Origin: Actinomycetota bacterium
Lineage (GTDB): Bacteria > Actinomycetota > Acidimicrobiia > Acidimicrobiales > SZUA-35
DNA length: 64,000 bases
Direction: 5' to 3'
Assembly (NCBI GenBank): GCA_039201605.1
Contig: JBCCRO010000021.1
Location: 7,738-71,737, forward strand
Both the position numbers and the translations under genes were made by a program. Numbering within the stretch: the first letter of the stretch is position 1; every line of letters starts with the position of its first letter. A model generated the notes under the pieces. It was not told the origin of the DNA. It saw only the letters and a program-made list of their open reading frames with translations, and ran no database searches. This document shows positions 1 to 9,425 of the stretch, piece by piece.

Positions 1-1400
1 TTCTTGCCGATCGCTACGCCAGCGCCGAGATGGTGGCGTTGTTCGAGGCCGACAACCGCGTGCGGATCGAGCGTGAACTCTGGATCGCCGTGCTCGAAGC
101 GCAGATCGAGCTCGGACTGCCGGCGGCCGACGGGGCCGTCGACGCCTACCGGTCCGTGATCGACGACATCGACCACGAGTCGATCCTGGCCCGGGAGCTC
201 GCCACCAAGCACGACGTCAAGGCTCGACTCGACGAGTTCAACGCCCTCGCCGGCCACGAGGAGATCCACCGGGGCCTCACCAGCCGTGACGCCACCGAGA
301 ACGTGGAGCAGCTCCTCACCTGGCGAGCCCTCGACCTGGTCGAGCAGCGCACGGTGGCCATGCTCACCCGTCTGGCCGAGCTGGCGGCCCGATACGCCAC
401 CCTGGCCATGGCCGCCCGTACCCACAACGTGCCCGCCCAGCCCACCACGATGGGCAAGCGCTTCGCCATGGCCGGCGAGGAGTTGCTGGCCGCCCACCGC
501 CAGATCCAGGCCGTCCAGGCCAACCTCGCACTGCGCGGCATCAAGGGCCCTGTCGGCTCCCAACAGGACCAGCTCGACCTCCTGGGCTCGGCCGAGAAGG
601 TCGACGAGCTGGAAAAGCGGGTGGCCTCCCACCTCGGGATCGACCGGGTGTTGGGCGCCGTGGGGCAGGTGTATCCCCGGTCGCTCGACTACGCCGTGGT
701 GGCGGGTCTGGTGCAACTGGCCTCGGCCCCGGCCAACCTGGCGCTGTCGATCCGGCTGATGGCGGGTCACGAGCTGGCCACCGAGGGGTTCAAGCCGGGT
801 CAGGTCGGCTCGTCCGCCATGCCCCACAAGATGAACACCCGGAGTTGCGAGCGGGTGGGGGGCCTACACACGATCCTCCAGGGACACCTCACCATGGCCG
901 CCGGCCTCACCGGTGATCAATGGAACGAGGGCGACGTGTCGTGTTCGGTTGTCCGACGGGTGGTGTTGCCCGACGCCTTCTTCGCCGTCGACGGTCAATA
1001 CGAGACGATATTCGCCGTCCTCCGGGACTTCGGCGCCTTCGAAGGTGTGGTCGAAGCGGAACTGGGTCGCTACCTGCCGTTCCTGGCCACCACGGCACTT
1101 CTCATGCATGCGGTTCGCAGCGGGATGGGGCGTGAGTCGGCGCACGAGATCATCAAAGAACACGCGGTCGCCGCCGCACTTCAGATGCGAGAAGGCGACG
1201 GTGACGGTCGTGTGCTGTTGCAGCGTTTGGCCGATGATCAGCGTTTTCCGGGCGAAATGACCCAAATCGCTTTAATCAGTGATGATGCTGCGTCGAACCT
1301 GGGGACCATCGATCGACAGATTGCCGCCTTTTGTCATGAAGTCGACAAGATTCAGGCCGGACGTCCGGAAGCGTCGTATCGGGGCGCCGACATTCGCTGA
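1..1400 (+). CDS. purB: adenylosuccinate lyase (5' end outside window)
   Basis: Signature GSSAMPHKMN, plus HRGLTSRD and RTHNVPAQPTT; the frame is open back to the window edge (LADRYASAEM). Confidence 0.95.
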   Translation, partial: LADRYASAEMVALFEADNRVRIERELWIAVLEAQIELGLPAADGAVDAYRSVIDDIDHESILARELATKHDVKARLDEFNALAGHEEIHRGLTSRDATENVEQLLTWRALDLVEQRTVAMLTRLAELAARYATLAMAARTHNVPAQPTTMGKRFAMAGEELLAAHRQIQAVQANLALRGIKGPVGSQQDQLDLLGSAEKVDELEKRVASHLGIDRVLGAVGQVYPRSLDYAVVAGLVQLASAPANLALSIRLMAGHELATEGFKPGQVGSSAMPHKMNTRSCERVGGLHTILQGHLTMAAGLTGDQWNEGDVSCSVVRRVVLPDAFFAVDGQYETIFAVLRDFGAFEGVVEAELGRYLPFLATTALLMHAVRSGMGRESAHEIIKEHAVAAALQMREGDGDGRVLLQRLADDQRFPGEMTQIALISDDAASNLGTIDRQIAAFCHEVDKIQAGRPEASYRGADIR

Positions 1401-1507
1401 TCCGAGCGGCTATTGCCACAAGCGGTCCGGCCAAAACGAGACAAGGGGCACCCGGAAGTGCCCCTTGAGCTACGTGTTGAGATTGCTGGTGTGGAAGCCC
1501 GGCCGCC

Positions 1508-1918
1508 TCAGGCGGCTCGGCTGATGCCGGCCCGCTTGAGCACGGCGGCCGAGACCCCGATCTGGCGGAACGCGGCGTAGGTGATGCCCTTCCGCTCGGC
1601 GTAGCCCTTGGCCACACGGGTGAATTCCTTCTCGAGCTCGTCGATGTCGACGCCCTGGTCCATCGTCGAGAGCTCCTCGTTCAGATCAATTCGCTCCTGA
1701 ACGAGCTGCAGGCGACGCAGGGGATCGCTGGATTCGAGCTCTTCATCGATGCGTTCGAGACGAGCACCGATCGTGTCTTTGGTGCGCTTGCGTCCGCGCT
1801 TGGGCTTGCTCATCTCGAGCGCTTCCAGATAGGCACGCACCAGACGGCCCTCTGCACGCCCGACGGCGAGCGCTTCCTTATGATCCTTGCTCATGGGGGT
1901 TTTCTTGGATGATGCCAT
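1508..1918 (-). CDS. hypothetical protein with basic KPKRGRKR motif, possible nucleoid-associated DNA-binding protein
   Basis: 136-aa ORF with an AT-hook-like RGR motif followed by helical/coiled-coil segments; function is inferred. Confidence 0.7.
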   Translation of the reverse strand: MASSKKTPMSKDHKEALAVGRAEGRLVRAYLEALEMSKPKRGRKRTKDTIGARLERIDEELESSDPLRRLQLVQERIDLNEELSTMDQGVDIDELEKEFTRVAKGYAERKGITYAAFRQIGVSAAVLKRAGISRAA

Positions 1919-1986
1919 GGATCTATTCGTGTCCTAGCTAGCTGTTGACCGTTTCCAATGTACTGAACGGCAAAAGTCAACAACAA

Positions 1987-2022
1987 TTAAGGCCCGAATC
2001 CACCGCGGGACCCGGGCCTTAA
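1987..2022. terminator. stem-loop downstream of the tRNA cluster
   Basis: 10-bp inverted repeat TTAAGGCCCG...CGGGCCTTAA. Confidence 0.5.
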
Positions 2023-2068
2023 TGACTTTGCTTGAATTGTCGGCCCCGGCTTACCGGGGCGATGGCTG

Positions 2069-2141
2069 TGGTCGGGACCGGCGTCGATCCGGTGACCTAC
2101 CGCTTTTCAGGCGGTCGCTCTGCCAACTGAGCTACCCGACC
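2069..2141 (-). tRNA. tRNA-Phe(GAA)
   Basis: Reverse complement GGTCGGGTAGCTCAGTTGG...CTGAAAA...GATCGACGCCGGTCCCGACCA folds as a cloverleaf; anticodon GAA. Confidence 0.93.
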
Positions 2142-2308
2142 GTGTGTCCCGGCTCCGCCGGGACCCCAGGTTTCGACGCTTGTCGAAACCTGCAGCACAG
2201 GCGACTCCGAGCGGCCCTCGGCTGCCGCCGAAGGCCTGTCGAGGTCTGGCTTCGCCAAAACTCGTGGAACCCGCCAGAGGCGGGCCCAGGAGCCCTGCCG
2301 GGCTCCCG

Positions 2309-2383
2309 CGGTCCTGACGAGATTTGAACTCGCGACCTCCGCCTTGACAGGGCGGCGTGCACTCCAGACTGCACTACAGGACC
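2309..2383 (-). tRNA. tRNA-Asp(GTC)
   Basis: Reverse complement GGTCCTGTAGTGCAG...CTGTCAA...GTTCAAATC...CAGGACCG; anticodon GTC. Confidence 0.95.
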
Positions 2384-2463
2384 TAGTTGTACCGCTGGGG
2401 GATCAAACCCCGGCGAAACGCTATCGCGTCGCTCCGCAGATCACTCTCCGGAACTCTGACTTG

Positions 2464-2536
2464 CACCCCCAACGGGATTCGAACCCGTGTTGCCTGCGTG
2501 AAAGGCAGGTGTCCTAGGCCACTGAACGATGGGGGC
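2464..2536 (-). tRNA. tRNA-Glu(TTC)
   Basis: Reverse complement GCCCCCATCGTTCAGTGG...CTTTCAC...GGTTCGAATCCCG; anticodon TTC. The Glu-Asp-Phe order is typical of actinobacteria. Confidence 0.95.
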
Positions 2537-2641
2537 CGATCGTGTCACTGTCTTCCTCAGGGGAGCTGTCGCTCCGAGGCTTGACCAATTTAGCAGACGG
2601 TGGTGGTTCCACCACCGCCTTTGGCCATTACGGTTCGTCGG

Positions 2642-3307
2642 ATGCGTGCCGTCGTGCGAACCGTGATCGCCGCCGTGGTCGGCTATCTACTGGGCACGGT
2701 GCCGAGCGCCGATGTCGCCGCCCGCCTCGCCGGGGGCCCCGATCTGCGAACCGCCGGCAGCGGTAATCCGGGTGCGGCCAATGCGGCCAAGGTGCTGGGC
2801 CCTCGTTTCGGTCTGGCCGTGCTCGTGGTCGACATCGCCAAGGGTGCGGTGGCGGCGGCCACCGGGCGTTCGCTGGGTGGCGCCGCCAGGGCCCAGGTGG
2901 CGGCGTGCGCGGCCGTGATCGGACACTGCTTTCCCGCCTGGTCCGGTTTCCGGGGCGGCAAGGGCGTGGCCACCGGTGTCGGCCAGGTCCTGGCCACCTT
3001 CCCCGCCTACTTCCCCATCGATCTGGCCGTCGCCGTGGCCACCTTCGTGTCGCCCGCCTGGAAGCGGCGGTCGTTCGCCGCCACCACCACGGCCTGCCTG
3101 GCCTGGGTCGCCTCCGCCGTCCTGTGGTGGCGGCGGGGCTGGTCGGCGGGATGGGGGCAGGGGGCGACGGCCTCGTTGCCGATCGGGGCGGCGGTGTCGA
3201 GCGCCGTGATCATCAGCCGATTCGTGGCCGCTCGCACGCCGGAGACGGCCCCGAGCGGGGACGGCGGGGAACAGGGGGCCGAGGTGGCGGGTTCGACCTC
3301 GGCGTGA
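2642..3307 (+). CDS. plsY: glycerol-3-phosphate acyltransferase, PlsY family
   Basis: Motifs GYLLGTVP, DLRTAGSGNPGAAN, DIAKG and GHCFP...FRGGKGVAT. Confidence 0.9.
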   Translation: MRAVVRTVIAAVVGYLLGTVPSADVAARLAGGPDLRTAGSGNPGAANAAKVLGPRFGLAVLVVDIAKGAVAAATGRSLGGAARAQVAACAAVIGHCFPAWSGFRGGKGVATGVGQVLATFPAYFPIDLAVAVATFVSPAWKRRSFAATTTACLAWVASAVLWWRRGWSAGWGQGATASLPIGAAVSSAVIISRFVAARTPETAPSGDGGEQGAEVAGSTSA

Positions 3308-4146
3308 GCACTGCGCTTGTCGTCGACTCGACCGCCCTCCTGACCCCCGAGCTGGTCCAGGCCACCCGGGCGCTCGTCGTCCCGATCACGATCAGCCTGG
3401 ACGGGGTCGACCACCTCGACGGGGTCGACCTCAGCCCGGACGACTTCTACGCCCGCCTGGCCGAACCGGAGCCGCCGACGGTGTCGACGGCCCAGCCTTC
3501 GCCCGGCCGGTTCCTCGAGGCCTATCAGGAGGCGGCCGACGCCGGCGCCACCTCGGTGCTCGCCGTACTCGTCGGGTCGGCCTTCTCCGCCACCTTCGAC
3601 GCCGCCCGGTGGGGGGCGGGCCAGTCCCCGATCCCGGTCACCTGCGTCGACTCCGGTCAGGCGTCGTTCGGGGTGGCCCTCTGTGCGGTGGCCGCTCGGG
3701 AGGCCCTCGACGCCGGGGCGTCGGTGGCCGAGGCGGCGGCGGCCGCGGAGGCGCTGTCGGCCGAGATCGAGAGCGTGTTCATCGTGCAGGCCCTGGAGTT
3801 GGCCCACCGCTCGGGCCGCTTCATCGGCATGCCGCTGCCCGACGCCGACACCGCCGCCATCCCGGTGCTCCGCTACGCCGGTGGTGACCTCTCGGTGGTG
3901 GCGGAGGTCAACGACGTCGACGAGGCGGTGGACGCCATGGCCGAGGCGATTCTCGGGAGCGGTCGCCGGGTGCGGGTGGCGTCGGGCCTGGCCGACCTCG
4001 CCACCAAGCCGGTCACCGACGCCCTGGAGGAGCGGCTCACGGCCGAGGACTCCGTGATCGAGCTGCTGCGCTACCGGGTGGGTGCCGGGGTGGCGGCCAA
4101 CGTCGGCCCGGGGACCGCCGGGGTGTTCCTCCACCCCGTCGACTGA
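3304..4146 (+). CDS. DegV family fatty-acid-binding protein
   Basis: VVDSTA, STAQPSPG and C-terminal NVGPG motifs; the GTG start overlaps the plsY stop. Confidence 0.88.
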   Translation: MSTALVVDSTALLTPELVQATRALVVPITISLDGVDHLDGVDLSPDDFYARLAEPEPPTVSTAQPSPGRFLEAYQEAADAGATSVLAVLVGSAFSATFDAARWGAGQSPIPVTCVDSGQASFGVALCAVAAREALDAGASVAEAAAAAEALSAEIESVFIVQALELAHRSGRFIGMPLPDADTAAIPVLRYAGGDLSVVAEVNDVDEAVDAMAEAILGSGRRVRVASGLADLATKPVTDALEERLTAEDSVIELLRYRVGAGVAANVGPGTAGVFLHPVD

Positions 4147-4240
4147 GCGCCCGCCGTCGATCCGCCGCTGCGGAACCCTCGATGGCGTGCGGGCGAACGA
4201 CCCGACGGTGAGGCCACCGCGTCGCCGCTTCCCGCAAGCG

Positions 4241-4741
4241 CTAGACCGGGTCGTCGGCCACCGTGGGCGGGGGCAGGGTGCCGGTCAGAGCGTCGACGAT
4301 CTCGCTCAGCAGATACCCGAGCTGGTGATAGAGCAGGTGGAGGTCGGCGTCGTCGGCCTCGGGGTCGATGTCGTGATCGTCCTCGGACACGTCGAGCCGG
4401 GTGCCGAGCACCAGCCGCAGGTCGTTGACGATGCCCATCCAGGCCGCCAGCTCCTCCTCGGTCAGGACGTCCTGGTCGACGGTGGCCTCGATCAGCGATA
4501 TCGCCTCCCGCCGGGAATCGATCAGCTGCTGACGGGCCAGGATCTGGTAGCCGGCCTCGCGTTCGGGGTCGTCGTGGTAGGCGGTGGGGAAGAGGCGCTT
4601 GGTCTCGTTCACGTCGAGCTCGAGCAGCTCGTCGAGCTGCCGGGCCAGCGACAGGACGAACTGTCGCACCTCCGGATCGAGGGTGACGGCGAAGCCGTCG
4701 TCTGCGGCGGAGAACAGCCGCTTTCGGCGAAAGAGACCCAT
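4241..4741 (-). CDS. DUF2017 family protein
   Basis: RLFPTAY and W...NDLRLVLGTRL motifs; sits in its usual position downstream of clpS. Confidence 0.8.
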   Translation of the reverse strand: MGLFRRKRLFSAADDGFAVTLDPEVRQFVLSLARQLDELLELDVNETKRLFPTAYHDDPEREAGYQILARQQLIDSRREAISLIEATVDQDVLTEEELAAWMGIVNDLRLVLGTRLDVSEDDHDIDPEADDADLHLLYHQLGYLLSEIVDALTGTLPPPTVADDPV

Positions 4742-4748
4742 GGGGCGG

Positions 4749-5036
4749 CTACTCGTCGTGCTCCATGGTGGCCCACAACCCATGACCGTGGAGCCGGTGG
4801 ACGTCGCGCTCGGCCTCGGTCCGGGTGCCGGAGGAGACGGTGGCGCGGCCCTTGTGGTGGACGTCGAGCATCAACTTGTTGGCCTTGGCCTCGCTGTAGC
4901 CGAACACCTTGCGAAAGACGTACGCCACGTAGGCCATCAGGTTGATCGGGTCGTTCCAGACGATGACCACCCACGGGCGATCCTCTTCCACGACCTCGTC
5001 GAGATCGGGTTCAGCGATCTCGAGGGGAGCGGTCAT
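4749..5036 (-). CDS. clpS: ATP-dependent Clp protease adaptor ClpS
   Basis: [16 protein letters not shown]...MLDVHHKG...GLWAT. Confidence 0.95.
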   Translation of the reverse strand: MTAPLEIAEPDLDEVVEEDRPWVVIVWNDPINLMAYVAYVFRKVFGYSEAKANKLMLDVHHKGRATVSSGTRTEAERDVHRLHGHGLWATMEHDE

Positions 5037-5950
5037 AGGGTCATTTTGGCCAATGACGGCTCGTCATTCACCCCTTCGAGGTCGAATTCCTCGTTCGGGC
5101 GCTGGAAGAGCTGCAGGTGGGTGAGCACCGCCAGGCACCACACCACCATCGAGCCGATCACGTGCAGCCCGACGAGGAGGGGCGGCACGCCGACGGCGAA
5201 CTGCCAGTAGCCGAGCGCCCCCTGGGCCACGATGGCGGCGAGCAGCCACTGCAGGTGGGGCGGGGTTCGGCCGGTGCGGCCGAGGCGGATGGCCAGGGCG
5301 GCGGCGATGGCCAGGAAGCACCACACCATCACCGAGTGGACCCGGGTGATCGCCTCGAGATCGAACTGCAACCGCTCCGCCCGGCTGTCACCGCTGTTGG
5401 GGCCCGTGCCGGTGACCAGCGTGCCGACCACCAGGATCGCCGCTCCCTGGGCGACGAGGGCCCGACCGTGCCAGATCACCGAAGGGGGGAACAGGGGGCG
5501 GGCGACCCCCGGTCCCGCCGAGGCCTTGTCCCACAGGACGGCGGCGTTCCAGAGCGTCACCATCGACAACAGGAAGTGCGAGCCCACCAGGAACGGGTGC
5601 AGGTCGCCGATCACCGTGAACAGTCCGAGGAAGATCTGGGCGACGACGACGGCGGCCAGGCCCCACGCCCACGGCAGCAGATCGTTACGTCGCGGTACCC
5701 GTCGGTAGGCGGTGAGCACGGCGACGGCCACGGCCAGGGCGACCACCCCGGAGAAGGCGCGGTTGCCGAACTCGATCGCGCCGTGGAAGTCCTGCTCGGG
5801 GATGAATCGGTCCTCGGAGCAGCCCGGCCAGTCCTCGCAGCCGAGGCCGGACTGGGTCAGGCGGACGGCGGACCCGGTGACGACGATGGCCGCCAGGGCG
5901 AACCACGCCACCGCCACCGCCCGCCGATAGGTGGTCGGACCGATGCGCAC
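5033..5950 (-). CDS. ctaA: heme A synthase, COX15/CtaA family
   Basis: [27 protein letters not shown] and GTGP motifs; adjacent to ctaB. Confidence 0.9.
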   Translation of the reverse strand: MRIGPTTYRRAVAVAWFALAAIVVTGSAVRLTQSGLGCEDWPGCSEDRFIPEQDFHGAIEFGNRAFSGVVALAVAVAVLTAYRRVPRRNDLLPWAWGLAAVVVAQIFLGLFTVIGDLHPFLVGSHFLLSMVTLWNAAVLWDKASAGPGVARPLFPPSVIWHGRALVAQGAAILVVGTLVTGTGPNSGDSRAERLQFDLEAITRVHSVMVWCFLAIAAALAIRLGRTGRTPPHLQWLLAAIVAQGALGYWQFAVGVPPLLVGLHVIGSMVVWCLAVLTHLQLFQRPNEEFDLEGVNDEPSLAKMTL

Positions 5951-6090
5951 CGCATCACGGTACCGGCCCGGCGCGGAGCCCCCGTGATCGAAGCGGGCAG
6001 GTGATGAGGGTGAAAGGTCACGATCCGGTGCCAACGGCCAGTTCGGTTCTGACTGTGCGCTTCAACCCGGATATCGTCTCCCCAGTGGTG

Positions 6091-6990
6091 ATGACCGCGA
6101 CCCCCACTCGGCACCGGGCCATGGCGTTCGTAGCGCTTACCAAACCCCGGATCATCGAGCTGCTTTTGGTGACGACGGTGCCGGTGATGGTCGTCGCCGA
6201 GCAGGGCCTACCCTCGCTGTGGCTGGTCGTGGCCACCGTGATCGGCGGCACCCTCGCCGCCGGCGGGGCCAACGCCTACAACATGTACGTCGACCGCGAC
6301 ATCGACGCCCTGATGAAGCGGACAGAGGGACGTCCGCTGGTGACCGGCGAGGTCACCCCCCGCGAGTCCCTGGTCTTCGCCACCGTGATCGAAGCGGCCG
6401 CGTTCGCCTGGCTCTGGGTGTTCGTCAACCCGCTGTCGGCGGCGCTGGCCCTGGCCGCCACCGCCTTCTACGTGGGCGTCTACACCCTGTGGCTCAAGCG
6501 GACCTCCAGCCAGAACATCGTGATCGGGGGAGCCGCCGGCGCGGTGCCGGTGCTGATCGGCTGGTCGTCGGTGACCAACACCGTCGGCTGGGAGGCCATC
6601 ATCCTGTTCGGCGTCATCTTCTTCTGGACCCCGCCGCACTTCTGGGCGCTGGCCATCAAATACGAGGACGACTACGCCGCCGCCGAGGTGCCGATGATGC
6701 CCGTGGTGGCCGGGCACCGGGACACCGCCCGCCAGATGGTGGCCTACTCGCTCGTCGTCTGGGCCCTGACGCTCGGCCTCTGGTTCGTCGCTCAGGTGGG
6801 CTGGCTGTACCTCGCCGTGGCCATGGTTCTGGGCGCCCTGTTCACCGGTGGCGCCGTGCGTCTGATGGTCGAAACCGACCCCGACGCCCAAGCTCGCCGA
6901 TCGATCAGGTACTTCACCTTCTCGATCACTCACCTGACCGTTTTGTTCTTCGCCTTGGCCGTCGATCAGCTCGTCGGCTGGGGATTATGA
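6091..6990 (+). CDS. ctaB: heme o synthase (protoheme IX farnesyltransferase)
   Basis: LTKPRII, NMYVDRDIDALMKRT, YTLWLKR and FWTPPHFWAL motifs. Confidence 0.95.
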   Translation: MTATPTRHRAMAFVALTKPRIIELLLVTTVPVMVVAEQGLPSLWLVVATVIGGTLAAGGANAYNMYVDRDIDALMKRTEGRPLVTGEVTPRESLVFATVIEAAAFAWLWVFVNPLSAALALAATAFYVGVYTLWLKRTSSQNIVIGGAAGAVPVLIGWSSVTNTVGWEAIILFGVIFFWTPPHFWALAIKYEDDYAAAEVPMMPVVAGHRDTARQMVAYSLVVWALTLGLWFVAQVGWLYLAVAMVLGALFTGGAVRLMVETDPDAQARRSIRYFTFSITHLTVLFFALAVDQLVGWGL

Positions 6991-7127
6991 CAGTTTCGAT
7001 ATCTGCCCGCTTGGCGGGTTACAGTACGCTGCCGCACGGCTAGAAACGTGCTGCGGCGCGCAGTTTCTCTGCCCCAAGCGCCCGCAGGTCTACCCCACCC
7101 CCGCATTCGTCGCGAGGTCAATCGCTC

Positions 7128-8807
7128 ATGGCACTCACAGAAACCCGCCCGGAGACCGATGTGGTCCCAGCCGGTGAGCCGTCGCCTTCGGCCACCCTCG
7201 ACGGGCTGATCGGGTCGTCGGATCACAAGACCATCGGTCGGGCCTGGATCGTGCTCGGTCTGCTGGTGCTGGTGGTGGGCGCCGCCGTCAGCGCCGTGGC
7301 GGGCTTCGAGGCCACCAGCCTCTCCGGCTACACGGTGGTCGACGACGGGGAGATGTTCACCCAGATCTGGTCGATGGGTCGCGAGCTGCTGTTGCTCGGC
7401 GGCATCGTGCCGATCCTGATCGGGCTGGCCACCTATCTCGTACCGCTCCAGATCGGGGCCCCCGCCATCGCCTTCCCCCGCGGTGCCGCGGTGTCGTTCT
7501 GGACCTGGTTCATCGGCGTCGACCTGCTGGTGATCGCCTACGTCCTCAACGGCGGCCCCGGCGGCGGCGTGGAGGACATGGTCGTGTTGTGGGCGCTGTC
7601 GCTCGGCATGATCCTGGCCGGGCTCACCCTGGCCATGGTGATCATCGCCGCCACCATCCTCGGGGCCCGGGCCCAGGGCATGGTCCTGGAGCGGGTGCCG
7701 CAGACCACCTGGTCGTTCCTCGTGTTCAGCCTGATCGGCATCTTCACCCTGCCGATCATCATCGCCGAGCTGGTCATGGTCTACGTGCAGGCCCGCTACG
7801 GCTTCCTTCCCCTCGGCGAGCGCAACAGACTCACCGGGGTTCTCGCCGGCCTCAGCCTCGCCCCCGGCATCTACTGGCCCGCCATCCCGGTGCTCGGCAT
7901 GGCCGTCGACGCCATCGGCGTCCACACCGGTCGGCCGGTCAAAGCCCACCGGCAGGTCATGCTGGCGGTCGGCTTCCTCGGCACGATGGCGTTCGGCATG
8001 GACTTCTTCGCCATGGCCAGCGTCCGGACGATCGATTTCAACCATGAGCTGCTGATCGTCGCCGTCGGGCTGTCGGTCCTGCCGGTGCTCGGTGTCCTGG
8101 GCCTCTCCGGTTCGAGCATCCGGGGCGGCAGGCCGAAGATCAACGCCCCGCTCGCCGGCTCGCTCATCGCCGGGCTCCTGATCCTGCTGGCCACCGCGGT
8201 GTCGCTGCTGGGCCTGCTCGAGCCCATCGCCCTCTTCCTCGCCGACGACCTCGGCCTCAACGTCGATCTCAACGCCGTCCTCGTCCTCAACGGCACCGCC
8301 TTCCACGACGGTGTGCGGGGCCTGGTGCTCGGGGCCGTCGTCGTCGGGCTCATCGCGGGCCTCCATCACTGGTCGACCAAGATCTGGGGCCGTCGGGCCG
8401 CCCAGCCTCTCGGCTTCCTCGCCATCCTGGCCGCTGCCGGCGGCGCCGTGTTCTGGGGCGCCGGTGGTGTGCTCGCCGGCGTCGACGATCAGGCCGCCTA
8501 TCCGGTGTCGGTGCTGACCGGCGGCGGGAACGTGGCCGCCTTCAACACCCTGGCCTGGATCGGCATGCTGCTGCTGCTCGCCGGCACCGTCGTCGGCCTG
8601 CTGTCGGTGGCCGGGCCGATCATCGGTGCCGGTAGCCGTGACGACGATCCCTGGACCGGTGCCACCCTCGAGTGGCTGGCCGGTTCGCCGCCCTCGGTCG
8701 GCAACTTCGACGTCCCACCCGTCGTCACCTCCGCCACCCCGGTGGCCGACCTGGCCGACGAGGAAGCGGACGAAACCGACGCCGAGACCACGGGCGAGGA
8801 GGCCTGA
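7128..8807 (+). CDS. cytochrome c oxidase subunit I-like protein lacking heme/copper ligands
   Basis: Retains DHKTIG, PLQIGAPAIAFPR and DPWTGATLEW..SPP..NF; the ligand-His motifs are substituted. Confidence 0.85.
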   Translation: MALTETRPETDVVPAGEPSPSATLDGLIGSSDHKTIGRAWIVLGLLVLVVGAAVSAVAGFEATSLSGYTVVDDGEMFTQIWSMGRELLLLGGIVPILIGLATYLVPLQIGAPAIAFPRGAAVSFWTWFIGVDLLVIAYVLNGGPGGGVEDMVVLWALSLGMILAGLTLAMVIIAATILGARAQGMVLERVPQTTWSFLVFSLIGIFTLPIIIAELVMVYVQARYGFLPLGERNRLTGVLAGLSLAPGIYWPAIPVLGMAVDAIGVHTGRPVKAHRQVMLAVGFLGTMAFGMDFFAMASVRTIDFNHELLIVAVGLSVLPVLGVLGLSGSSIRGGRPKINAPLAGSLIAGLLILLATAVSLLGLLEPIALFLADDLGLNVDLNAVLVLNGTAFHDGVRGLVLGAVVVGLIAGLHHWSTKIWGRRAAQPLGFLAILAAAGGAVFWGAGGVLAGVDDQAAYPVSVLTGGGNVAAFNTLAWIGMLLLLAGTVVGLLSVAGPIIGAGSRDDDPWTGATLEWLAGSPPSVGNFDVPPVVTSATPVADLADEEADETDAETTGEEA

Positions 8808-9418
8808 TGTCCGACATCACCGTCTACGACCCGGTACCGCTCGACGTCGCCGCCCCCAAGGCGGTCCGGCCCCGCCTGCTGCTCCTGGCCACCGGCCTGG
8901 CCTGCTCTGCGGTGGTCATGGGCTACTCGGGCCTCCTCGGCTACTACATCGCCGCCCGCCAGGCCGTCGTCCAGACCGGCGAGGTGTGGCTGCCCGACGG
9001 GGTCGTGATCCCGCTGACCCAGCCCAACTTCATGGCCCTCACGCTGGTGTTCTCGGTGGTGTCGATGCTGTGGGCCCTCTCGGCCGTGCGCAGCGAGGAC
9101 AAGGCCAACGCCTACATCGCTTTCACCCTCACCTTGGTCTTCGGTTTCTCCCAGATCGTCCAGACCTTCTACCTTCTGACCATTATGGAGATGCCGGCCG
9201 CCGAGTCGATGGTCGCCGTGCTCATCTTCTCTCTCGTTGGCATCCAGGTCGCTCTCACCGGCGCCGGGATGGGCTTCGTCGTGGTTGCCATGCTTCGCAC
9301 CCTCGGCGGGGGCTACTCGGCCCGTGACTACGAGGGCGTCCTGGCCGCCACCGTGTTCTGGATCATGACCGTCGGCGTGTACCTGGCCCTCTGGTACACC
9401 GTCTACATCACGAAGTAG
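8807..9418 (+). CDS. divergent cytochrome c oxidase subunit III-like membrane protein
   Basis: About 5 TM helices with subunit III-like TLVFGFSQIVQ and FWIMTVGVYLALWYTVYI; translationally coupled to the upstream gene. Confidence 0.75.
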   Translation: MSDITVYDPVPLDVAAPKAVRPRLLLLATGLACSAVVMGYSGLLGYYIAARQAVVQTGEVWLPDGVVIPLTQPNFMALTLVFSVVSMLWALSAVRSEDKANAYIAFTLTLVFGFSQIVQTFYLLTIMEMPAAESMVAVLIFSLVGIQVALTGAGMGFVVVAMLRTLGGGYSARDYEGVLAATVFWIMTVGVYLALWYTVYITK

Positions 9419-9425
9419 GGAAGAC

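Noticed and set aside
2142-2308. Extra RNA gene in the tRNA-Asp/Phe spacer
   Set aside because: Only short hairpins are present (e.g. AGGTTTCGAC/GTCGAAACCT), with no cloverleaf or recognisable family.
2069-2536. tRNA-anchored genomic island
   Set aside because: No integrase and no duplicated tRNA 3' end were seen; the flanks are housekeeping-type genes.
7128-8807. Pseudogene, cbb3 oxidase or NO reductase
   Set aside because: The frame is intact and coupled with normal codon bias, and cbb3/NOR enzymes also require the missing His ligands.
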